From a virus: 64,000 nt of DNA. Location of the stretch: positions 32,001 through 96,000 of IMG/VR virus record IMGVR_UViG_3300044647_001247; one strand, given 5' to 3'. Positions within the stretch are counted from its first letter, which is position 1. Each line of letters opens with the position of its first letter. The notes beneath the pieces are model-generated. The model did no database searches and was not told the DNA's origin. It saw only the letters and a list, made by a program, of their open reading frames with translations. The position numbers and the translations under genes are program-made. Below, piece after piece: positions 46,301 to 54,800 of the stretch.

Positions 46301-49300
46301 AACAATCTTGAAGAAGGGCAGTATGACGAGAATGATGAAATGCCTGAAGGATTTATAAATCGTTCACAAAAAGTCAAAAGTTTTGATGGTCAGTCTGTTA
46401 CAACAATAGAACATCGTATTGAACAATATCGTAAACAGGGAAGACTTGTTGATAATGCAGAAGAGCAAAAATCTGTAGAAGAGATTCTTAAAGCTAGCCG
46501 TTACAGTAAACTTACTGAAGAAGAAGTAGACTTCTTGAGAAGTAACAAGGTAGTGCTTGGACCAAAGAAAACAGTAACGGGTGCTTTAGTATACTATCAT
46601 AAACAAGCAGAACACGTTTTGTTTCGTACAGATAGTTCTTATATGGTTGTACCAGATGGAATGACGCGTGCTCAGGTTGAAAAAAGACTAGCAGAATTAT
46701 ATAATCAAACTGACATTCTCCGGTCCAAGCTTCGTAATGCAGATACATATGATATCACAGCAGAGGGAGGTGTGCAATTTATAGAAGATCAGCTTCGTGA
46801 TGTTTACTCTCAAATCCATAGATATTGGGAACCATTACCAAATCGTGCTGCTCATCACTATATGCTTAATTCTATGGAATTTAATGATATTGACCAGCTT
46901 ATGGATCTCACTTCTTCTAAAAAAGCTACATTACTTCCTACAAAAGTTAACAGTGGTGCTATTACTGATCTCAGTAAATCTAAACTTTTAGTACCAAATA
47001 TTTATAAGTTTGATCAGGTAGAAACTTCTAAAGTTTCTACAGATATTAGTTCTACTACACAGCTTCAACATCTGATAGATACAGATATTAATCTTGATGA
47101 TAAAGAAGTTGACTCTAATTTAAAAGATGCTATTCTGCAATATCGTAAGTTAACTGGTAGACTATCTCAAGTAGGTCTTGACAGACTAAATAACATCATT
47201 AAAGATGAAAATGGTAATGTAGAAGTACGTGAGATTATCCGTAGTATGAGAGATGGTCTTGAAACTCAGGGAGCTGATAGTAACACTTTAAAGTTCTTTG
47301 AGATAAGAGATGATCAGCCTGTACACAACATTAATCTTCCTTTGTTGAAGAAGATGTTTACTTATTACTACTTTGCTTTTTATTCTAATAATGTATTTAG
47401 TAAACGTCAAAGTGGTAGAAAAGATTATATAGTTACTAGCTGGGGATATAAACTTATTGAAAATCGTACTACTGGTGAAGTTATTAAAAGTGATGAGATT
47501 GCAAAAAATCCACAAAAGTATAATGACACTTCTAAATATAAGCTTCGCTACCCTGGTGTAAAGTATGATAAAGTTAACAACCGTTACATTGTAGAAGTTA
47601 TGGTTCCTCGTCCGTATTTTAAGAACCAGGAAGAGATTGAACTTTTTGAACGTAAACTTAGTGAGTTTTTATCTACACGTATTCCAACAGAAGATAAACG
47701 TTCTATGATTGTAGCTAAAGTTGTAGATTTTATTGATGGAGCTTACCAAAATACTATTGTTATACCACAGCTTATTCACGTACTTTCAGGTTCTGACCTT
47801 GACATTGACTCTTTATATTCTCATACGTTTGCTACTTATGAAGACTTTAACGGTAAGCAAAAAGTATATGGTGAGGCAAACACTCCTAAAGAACAGTTTG
47901 TAGAATATTTACAAAGTATGATGCAAGATGAAACACTAGCCTCACTTATAAAAGTAGAATTAGATAAAGTGTATAAAGAAAAAATCACTGATGTTCCTGA
48001 ATCTTTACAAGATTTAGCAGAAGATTTAAATTTACCTTTTTACAATTACACTAAAGAACAGTGGATGGCTGCTTTAGATGAACTCAGAATACAACGTAAC
48101 AATATATATGAGCAGGTGCAGTCTACAAAAGAAAAGCGTAAGCAGACTCAAGAGATTTATGAAAAAGTAAAAGCTGAAAATGAACAAATGGTTCAGCAAA
48201 TTACTGATAGTCTCAAAGCTTTTTTAAAAGAGCAAGACATAAAAACTACTCCAGATAAATTTGCTGAATTACTTTGGGAACAGACAGCTATAATGAAATC
48301 TAATTTCCGTGAGCAGGGTGATCTTCGTGTTTCTTTAGAAAAAATGAATAGCCGTATTAAAGATAGTTATGAAAATATAGCTACAGCTAATAAAAGAATT
48401 ACTAATTCATCTAATGAATTACAACGTATTAGTAGATTGATGAAAGTTTTAGCCACTTTGAACATACTTGCTCGAAAAAATATGCCTATTACAGCAAAAC
48501 AGTATGCTAAAGAAGTTTCTAAAAAAGGATCACTTGTTCCTGAAACATTGCAAAATGATCTACTTCAGGTCAAGATAGATATACTTAGTAATCCTTATAC
48601 ATTTAAAAAATTATATATACAAGAACGTTCTGATATATCTAGGTTTGAAAATATAGCAGTGGCTATGAAAAAAAGTATTAAAGATGTTATTAATAAAAAT
48701 AATATTTTTTCACCAGATGGTATCATTGGATCTCGTGATATGGTTAAAAGTTCTGGTGCAGGTATTGGTATAGCAGCTAACGTTAATAAGTTTGCAGCTT
48801 TTGCTTCTAAGAAAGGCTTGAAGCTAAGTAATCCTATATGGAATGTTAACGGTAAAAACTATTCAGACTTTACAGCTGATAGTGAAAACCGGCCGATATC
48901 AGACATTGGTAATGCATTAGGTATGCAGGCAGATGCTAAAAGTAATCCTATTCCTGCTGTACTTAATCTTAATGAAGTTAGTTTACCTATCACACTAGTT
49001 ATGATTGCACAAAAGCTTCCTTTAGAGATGGCTATTACAATCAATTCTGTACCACTTATATATAAAGTGATACAACGTGTTATGGAAGAAAAACGTGAAA
49101 TACGTACAATAGCAGATTTGTTTAACAAACGTAGTCTTACAAGCATTGCTCGTGATGAGATGAGTGAGGCCATTGAAAAACTTAAAGAAGATGGTTTGCA
49201 GGCAGAGCTTTTTGAAGTAGATGATGAACAAAACATTATCTATGATATGGCTGGTAATCCTAAATTTAAAACTGATTTGTTTTTAGATTATGACTTTAAT

Positions 49301-51850
49301 TATACTCCCACAGATAGATCTTCCGCTGAAGACTTTGGTTTTAAACTTAACAACAAACTGGGTATTCCATTGTCAGATGATTCTACACAAGTTTATTTGC
49401 TGCATAAATATATTCAGACAAGTAATCTAAACAATGATGTATTTGCTTTAGGTTCTATCTTAAACTTGTATAAAAAACTTAAACCAAGTTGGAAGTCTGT
49501 AGACCGGACATTAAAGAATTATGCTTATCTAACTGGTGTACTTACAGAGAAGAGTCAGTTTGCTAATATTGAGGAGATTCTAAAAAACTCTCCAGAGTTT
49601 AAACCTTTAATACAAGGTTTAAAAGAACTTTCTGAAAATGCTGAAGTTATTCTTATAGAGCGTCATCCTGTAATGAAAGCTATTGATGATACTATTAAAG
49701 GAGGTTTACAAGCATTTAATTTAGATGAACAAGTAGAACAAAGAATCACGGATCAAATTACTAAATACTTTATTATTAACAAGTTTCGTCAGCAAACAGA
49801 AACAGAGCTTAATGAAGAATTACTTAAACCTACTCCTAATCTTCTTGTTGTACAGTCACTTAAAACTGCTCTTGAAATGTTTAATGCTGATTTTTGGAAA
49901 GGAGAACCTACAAATGCAGATGTTACTTCTATAGAGCAGGACTTTCAATATCTTAAAGATAATCATGAGGGTAATCCTTTTGTAGACTATTTAAAAGAGC
50001 GTACACGTCAAGGAATAAGTTTTATTGAAGCTCTTAGTAGAATGAAACTTGAAAAGGAGTATGCAGAAAATGTTAATGATGGATTTTTACTATTGCAGAA
50101 TTCACCTGATACTCGTAGTAAACTTATAGCTCGTAAACTATTTCACTATACACTTGTAAAAGATGGACTAGGGTATGGTTCAAATACTTTTATCAATTAT
50201 ATAAACCCGCAGGATCCACAAACATTTGAGAAAATATCCAAGTATTTGAATGAGTTTCAAACAACTTTGGTTGAGTTTAACAAGAAGAATCGTGTTCTTA
50301 TACAAAAAGGTAAAGCAGAAAGTTATTACAAAAAGTTCAATGATTTGCTTAATGACTTCTTTGGTAAGAAAGCTGATTTGAATGTATACATGAGTTCTAT
50401 CATTAACCGTATAGGACTTTACGCTGGCAACAATGACATTATGGTTAAGAGTCGTATGGCACTTATCAAAAGTAAGAAAAGCCGATTTGCAGGTATAGAG
50501 CCTGCGTTGATAATGGAAGAGATGAAATACTTACTTCCTGATACACATGCTCTCACTCCTAAAGATGTTTATACAGAGCTGGAAGAGAATCCAGAGAATA
50601 TTGAGTTTTGGTTGCCTACTTCTAAAGAAACTGGTATAGGTAAACTTGTAATAGATACCGCTAAAACCTATTCTAATATTTCTAATATTATTCTTTCTCA
50701 AATGAATGTTCGCCAGGGTGCACAATTTAATGGCGATGATGGTAAAACTCAGACTTATGTGTTTCCACTGTTTGTAAAGAATAACTTTGGTCAAATACTA
50801 CGTTTAACAGAAGTGGATGGTGCACGCCTTAGTGAGAAAGTTATTAACAATCTTACTTCAAAACTTCAGGGAAAATCTTATAATGACAGTGTATCTGGTG
50901 TTCGTGCTACTTATATAGTGGCTGAACAAGAAGGTACTGATAGTATTCTTAATCTTGGATTTAGTGAGCAAGAAGCTCGTGAACTTTACAAGTTTGCACA
51001 GGAAGATAACGACAATCAATTTTTGGATATAAGTATTACTGCTAAATTTGATCAAGTACTTCAAAAACTACGTAATGTTTATAAGGTAGAGCCCAAACGT
51101 CTTAATTTATTAGCTCGTATTGTTAAGAGTGAAGTGATGAATAGTGCTGCCATTACATTTGAAAAGCAAAAGAATAATTTGTTTTATATTGACTACACAG
51201 TAGATACAAAAGATCGTGGTCCTGTACAACGTAAACTTTATCTTCGTCCAAGTGTTACTGATCCTTTAAGTATTACTATAGAAATGAGGGAACGTGAAAT
51301 AGTAACTGGAATAGAAACTTTGGTACAGCTTGAAGATAATATGCGTGAGTTTCCTGCAGTAGAGATTGAATTTGTAAAACGTGGTAAGCAATTCCGTGGA
51401 CCTAGGGTTACAAAGCCAGCTAATCCTATCACTAAAGAAATGGTAGCTGAAGTGGTAAAAAATTATCAAGTTCCACAAGATAGAAAGCTTAAAACAAAAT
51501 TAACATTTACTATATTTGCAGATACTCAGTGGAATCTTCTAAAAGAAAATCTTAATCTAGATAAACTTGTTCAGATATTTAATGATGTACATACTATTTC
51601 AGTAAATCAACAAGCTCCTATACAAGAATCTTCTAGTGCTTTTTCTTCATTTACTATTCCAGCTGGTTTTGTATTACGTCCTAATGCTCCTGATATAAAA
51701 GCTTATATTTCTCAAATGCGTAAAGTTAGTGATAAGAGTGAAACTGAGCTTATAGAAATGTATAAGAAGATTAATCTTATTGCTACTTCTACTAGAGATA
51801 TAAATGATGTAAGAAAGGATAAAGATTCTGGTGATTGTATTATTTTATAA
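40346..51850 (+). CDS. Virion-packaged single-chain two-barrel RNA polymerase with zincin-like domain (crAss-like, phi14:2 gp66 type)
   Basis: 3834 aa; catalytic SGSDLDID (DLDID at 47795-47809) preceded by TRIPT; DYFKR and FDGQ motifs; HEAFH at 43220-43234. Confidence 0.88.
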   Translation: MNKCSISIQIFANFTKQLLAQDAKYKNFAEVATFIIKRPGQPDSVKMVALKGLAKIYDQLAKKDQTFSFSADDSKIIDVDLEKDDLETQFKNIAANYQVRPSAPLSIDTIKNDIKNLSSLPVLQLQDAVTKIVKDIAALAKTNFRKSADDMVKIIGELYDRAITELDKNTAVSPIIRNSLTQLLNTEKNIATEAASDYIPLKNTIYGDTKIIVKKDGGIFEVLRDTTGKYIDINSSDSSEVIFDRSVGDQLFNLRVDSSPFVGGNDGTQYIFSHNELRNGMTLRDRTGKVITNQLLSFDNPLSALEVVASRTEIQRNQDRISRIRSEIPTRTLETQEVVSQQKALLAGNPVLSVFSPLEGAQIQFRIPGQQGAMILYGIDNYAIIYPDNRTVAVDFSETQKQLILKLARKNTTNENGINVTEPITEEDFYNLKASYEKFKDFKKAVQEILDQNKNQSEIILPQALVTAYINLARTGEAIAVAPSADQQASLTTLLNKEGGPGQISFNVVEALDDNSYSEPRRVTKPIIVAKQGGVWTFISDLKGNEMVAVDRDDRKEYMSFSDYMQNELKISPDINIQKFPSSFAWLYQKPNGKLQPIALKYIPVENSADIARLAMGFGQLLKKMSDPQTEGPKELRNFNLNVFGFSPYNPTGATSFAGDFDVFKDPSGERSVSIQIRPMTMNWSQVPRDVRKALTVYIDVPVMTAFLKVVRIAAEIPAFKSQKNDLNTAAGKNALVKFIDEDPQLRKQLMSAYEDINTHLYRKFQSIGEKLTKTSYNGEFDIPKIYTLMENEKSDLSGRWKLKIKDRQTGNDVTNFNNYRSMTTEEVFTFGGIQAVFAGPNVSAIQTVNKPAPVTQNPANNTTADNVPGTAGTIEIDLNFEDGAFELAMDTELFQAYQAGQFQQELDWIKANLPKEISVEDLADIMDNLKAEGRVLGYFRDRVIYLNEQLSGRGSGYHEAFHGVFRKLMDASTRDRYLKLTKEKIGAVSKEQIQEFRQRRSLYHLSNAQVIDRIAEEYLADKFKAYKLEGRGAQEGWLNKLMNLIDSIIRFFNKNYKEIDNLFQRIDTGFYKNAKIVGEFKEGAFEMLSTRSTLVTGPTGKAIQRKNFLNKIDQAQLINRLAELTSFSVGKNFEEKFAGARKELIAEMNIDNLIAQNPSEELAIRTRYESILQDKLYTLGVPVSMINETGNVTMDQNLNLIQKDPVQLAAYNKQQADTLKSLKQQVSQKINNISISNIYFDPDAMLNEEEFDEDDLGDETNYEDSFVNINTLDGLSRQFRSFFGLISYIHTDDLGVQTTRMVDGATVFDTMMKILADTPVEKMMSRMEETLEKMLESDNMVAYDRLNAVWDKMKKYFGLNENNQPTRNTNLYNQFIDVFNVADLSTDVYYVNTRNDSSSLRVIDATIQNDINQYYEKLRRKYENGFMKKSTKDREDILRVSKAILKTEVTVPTDLGSQSYNSIKAKAKKVHKALNDIGIILPLHTVIYSLIAIDVKENKVELKPKSKSLKQYILDQELINTGAYLDKDFFDKIVRYVDENTNIFDKSVDKDVATEGTLGLTDLEKNQLRLKKRGLGLINSVLKKTGRYVVKYDLDTVVSVFRNAEGKNVYRYVRKSPPLLIAQSLREKGWQDTYSDFSTVAKFLQDNPLTANKPENLLYLQNIELRSFGGARQTLKGVERDGVTAKTIDTAGYYLSYVLMSMNRKTTINNNAAITTFSRMLTQNEASNTIYMIPNLYKRMVTNNGYIVENKENIVVKGFVDVIKQEYQRIQREWTTRKDQNKEKFNNYNAVLNPDGSVNTEDPSLRAYNFNMLADFFEFNNLASKTSNPLRADIRNQLIQSAKDGIKFDKLDIGLLQRELLNYAEEKFTAHLNILKSYKLVEENEQTSELMSRLIPDSYTVDGTTVSIESEDSNLESYLKDVYFNVFINNLQVSQFFDGDIAMGVKNFADYFKRQKMNVAAGPSMKSGNHTVAYVDEITVLINDNNLEEGQYDENDEMPEGFINRSQKVKSFDGQSVTTIEHRIEQYRKQGRLVDNAEEQKSVEEILKASRYSKLTEEEVDFLRSNKVVLGPKKTVTGALVYYHKQAEHVLFRTDSSYMVVPDGMTRAQVEKRLAELYNQTDILRSKLRNADTYDITAEGGVQFIEDQLRDVYSQIHRYWEPLPNRAAHHYMLNSMEFNDIDQLMDLTSSKKATLLPTKVNSGAITDLSKSKLLVPNIYKFDQVETSKVSTDISSTTQLQHLIDTDINLDDKEVDSNLKDAILQYRKLTGRLSQVGLDRLNNIIKDENGNVEVREIIRSMRDGLETQGADSNTLKFFEIRDDQPVHNINLPLLKKMFTYYYFAFYSNNVFSKRQSGRKDYIVTSWGYKLIENRTTGEVIKSDEIAKNPQKYNDTSKYKLRYPGVKYDKVNNRYIVEVMVPRPYFKNQEEIELFERKLSEFLSTRIPTEDKRSMIVAKVVDFIDGAYQNTIVIPQLIHVLSGSDLDIDSLYSHTFATYEDFNGKQKVYGEANTPKEQFVEYLQSMMQDETLASLIKVELDKVYKEKITDVPESLQDLAEDLNLPFYNYTKEQWMAALDELRIQRNNIYEQVQSTKEKRKQTQEIYEKVKAENEQMVQQITDSLKAFLKEQDIKTTPDKFAELLWEQTAIMKSNFREQGDLRVSLEKMNSRIKDSYENIATANKRITNSSNELQRISRLMKVLATLNILARKNMPITAKQYAKEVSKKGSLVPETLQNDLLQVKIDILSNPYTFKKLYIQERSDISRFENIAVAMKKSIKDVINKNNIFSPDGIIGSRDMVKSSGAGIGIAANVNKFAAFASKKGLKLSNPIWNVNGKNYSDFTADSENRPISDIGNALGMQADAKSNPIPAVLNLNEVSLPITLVMIAQKLPLEMAITINSVPLIYKVIQRVMEEKREIRTIADLFNKRSLTSIARDEMSEAIEKLKEDGLQAELFEVDDEQNIIYDMAGNPKFKTDLFLDYDFNYTPTDRSSAEDFGFKLNNKLGIPLSDDSTQVYLLHKYIQTSNLNNDVFALGSILNLYKKLKPSWKSVDRTLKNYAYLTGVLTEKSQFANIEEILKNSPEFKPLIQGLKELSENAEVILIERHPVMKAIDDTIKGGLQAFNLDEQVEQRITDQITKYFIINKFRQQTETELNEELLKPTPNLLVVQSLKTALEMFNADFWKGEPTNADVTSIEQDFQYLKDNHEGNPFVDYLKERTRQGISFIEALSRMKLEKEYAENVNDGFLLLQNSPDTRSKLIARKLFHYTLVKDGLGYGSNTFINYINPQDPQTFEKISKYLNEFQTTLVEFNKKNRVLIQKGKAESYYKKFNDLLNDFFGKKADLNVYMSSIINRIGLYAGNNDIMVKSRMALIKSKKSRFAGIEPALIMEEMKYLLPDTHALTPKDVYTELEENPENIEFWLPTSKETGIGKLVIDTAKTYSNISNIILSQMNVRQGAQFNGDDGKTQTYVFPLFVKNNFGQILRLTEVDGARLSEKVINNLTSKLQGKSYNDSVSGVRATYIVAEQEGTDSILNLGFSEQEARELYKFAQEDNDNQFLDISITAKFDQVLQKLRNVYKVEPKRLNLLARIVKSEVMNSAAITFEKQKNNLFYIDYTVDTKDRGPVQRKLYLRPSVTDPLSITIEMREREIVTGIETLVQLEDNMREFPAVEIEFVKRGKQFRGPRVTKPANPITKEMVAEVVKNYQVPQDRKLKTKLTFTIFADTQWNLLKENLNLDKLVQIFNDVHTISVNQQAPIQESSSAFSSFTIPAGFVLRPNAPDIKAYISQMRKVSDKSETELIEMYKKINLIATSTRDINDVRKDKDSGDCIIL

Positions 51851-51867
51851 ACCTACCAAATATTAAT

Positions 51868-54800
51868 ATGCCCTGTCAAGTATTTAGAAATTCCAAACGT
51901 GAAATTGTTAAAGTGGTTGCACCTAATGGACAACCTTCCAAGTTATATAAAGACATTCTTGCTCGTCCTGAAATTGAGGGTAATAAAGAAGCTGCTCTTG
52001 ATGTATGGTTGTCTGCCTATACAGACGACTTTAAAAAGAAGTATGGTGACTGGGAGAATACTACAACGTCTACTACTGTTAATCAGTCATCCATAGTGGT
52101 AGATCAAAACGGAGAACCTTTAGCAAAGTATGTACTTCCTAATGCAACTTATAATCTTTCTGAAATTGCTGAGCAATTTAATTATCAGCAATCTGAGCTT
52201 CAAAGAAACTTTATGTTTACTTCAGGTTTAACTTTAATGAGTCGTGACAAGGCCCAGAGAATAGTAGACTGGGTCGCTAAGAATAATAAGTATAACTCTA
52301 TTGAAGTGAATATTCGTGGTGTCAATGACGGTTCTAAAATTATGTATACTGTAAACATATCTGAAAAACCTTTAAAACAACTTTATGAGCTGCAGTCTCA
52401 ACAGTTGATTGAGCTTCAAAAATTTCAGATAAATCAAGTAATTAATAGATTAGCTATTAAGTTTCCAAAGCTGCAGACTAAATGGATTACAGCTGAAGAT
52501 CTTATGCAGCAAGATCATCCTGTAGATGTATCTACTATACGTGGTTTTGTACGTGACGGTATAATATATCTTGTAGAAGGTAGAGCTACTGAGTCTATTG
52601 CTATAGAAGAAATTTTACATCCTTTTATTGAATCACTTTTTCAAGATAATCGTGCTTTATTTACAGGATTATTTAACAAAGGAAAAGAGCGTTACCCGGA
52701 GTTATGGAAAAAGATCCAAGGAGCATATCTTGAAAGTCGTAGTTTTATTGAGGTTGATCGTAAAAAAGAACTAGTTACTCGTGTACTTCAGCAAGTATTA
52801 CAGGAAGATATAAGTAATCCTGAGAAATCTTTTCAGGAACTAAAATCTCTTTTACAAAGATTCTTTAATTGGCTTAGTGAATTAATGCAGGAGGTTTTTG
52901 ATATCCGTACGGATGGCAATATTATGATACAGGCTTACAACCTTCCTACTAAGATTAGTTACGAAGAGCTGTCTGATATCATTAACACTAAAAATGTACA
53001 GCTTTCTACAGCTGTTGCAGATGCCAACTCTTATAACACAGACGGTGAAATGGACAACCAGGAATTAAACAATTCCAAGGACCGTAAACTTGCCCGTGTT
53101 GAAGAGCAAATGGACATCGTGCGTAGTGTAATTACAGACCTGAAAAAGGCTAAAGGAACTGACGCTAAGATTGCCACACTTGAAAAAGTGTTGATCAACC
53201 TTAATAAGTATCGTCAGATTATACAAAATGATGAATACACTGTATCAGTTACCAATCTTACTGGTGGTGGCCAGATAGATAACCAGGAGACTTATAATGA
53301 CTTTAAAGAGTTTGGAACATTTATTCACTTTGTGCTGGAGAATGTACAGAAGATGAGTGTTGAATCTAATAAAAAAGTGACTACTATTCTTACTCGTGAA
53401 ATGTTTGACATGCTGGCTGATAACTATCCTGGTGAATTTAATATTGTAAACCTGGACAGAGATCAGATGTATGATATGAGCCAGGAGATGATTAGCTATT
53501 TGCAATACTATATTACTAGTGGGTACACGCTTCTTCCTGAAATATCAGTAGTTGGTAAGGATCGTAACGACCGTAACGTAGTAGGACGTGTGGACATCAT
53601 GGCCATAGCCCCTAGTGGTGCTATAGAAATTGTGGACCTGAAAACCAAGAAAGTGTACACTAATGCACAAATCGGTTTAATGTTTAATAAACCATATCCT
53701 GTTGCTACAACTGAGCAAACAGATACTGCATTTTCTAATACCAGGAGATCTGTATATGACAGTTGGGACACTCAGCTTGGTATATATGAAAGACTATATG
53801 CACAAGAAGGAATTCCGGTAGGTCGTAAAAGTGTACTGGTTTTAGTATACCGTGGTGACATGGTAGACGTTACAGATATTAATACTCCTGGTCAATTTCA
53901 GTTTGAATACTCAGGATATGAATTTTTAAACTACAGCTCAGATCAACGTCAGAATGGAACTGATCTTGAAAAGCTTAACTATGCAAACACTGATCGTAAA
54001 GTTAAACGTGTTATTCCTGTAGCAGGAGAAGTTTTAGAAGATACAAAGACTTCTAAAGAGCCTATTATCTTTAACCTTAAAGATGAAGATTACAAACGTC
54101 TTTTAGCTAACCTGGAATCTATTGCTGCAGAAGAAATTAAAAAGATTGAAAAGTCTTTATCTGAACTGGATGAAAACAATGAGAACGATAAAAAGCTCAG
54201 GGATTATTATAAAGCACGCCGTGAGTCTATTCGTAAAATACAAGATAGTTTTAAGAAAGAAACTTGGGAACCTGCGTATAAGCTCACTGCTATTATGCAG
54301 TTTATGAGTGACAACACTGCTGCTATGAAGCAGACAGCACAGGACATTGCTAACATTAAAGATCCTGTAGAAAAAGCCCGTAAGCTGGACGACCTGAAGA
54401 ACAAGGCTGTAGCCTTTAACTATTTTCTTTCAGACATCCGTGAGTTGTTGATCAATCTTAATGATGAGCGTAATGATAAAGCTATCAACCTTCTTGATAA
54501 TATCCAATCTAATATTGATTACACTATAGGTATATTTAATGAGCTTGGTTTTAATTATCTAGTTGATATACTTAAAGATTCTATGAGTCCTGAGACTTTG
54601 CAAAAACTTAATGCGGAAAGATTTGAGAGTATAGATCCACTAATTACTCATCTTAAAAAGAAATTAGAAAAGCTTAAAAACCAAAAAGATCAAGGAGGTA
54701 CTGGTACCACTATATCTTATTCTATTTGGCAGGGTCTATCTAATATCGCCCGCAGTATTGCAAAGGTGCCTATTGATACCAAAAATGAAATAGAGGCTTT

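Noticed and set aside
40346-51850. Intein or intron in the vRNAP gene
   Set aside because: Single open frame, no internal Cys, and no intein-terminal or LAGLIDADG/HNH motifs noticed
51836-51850. C-terminal CIIL as a CaaX prenylation signal
   Set aside because: CaaX prenylation is eukaryotic and the context is a bacteriophage; paired terminal cysteines explain it better
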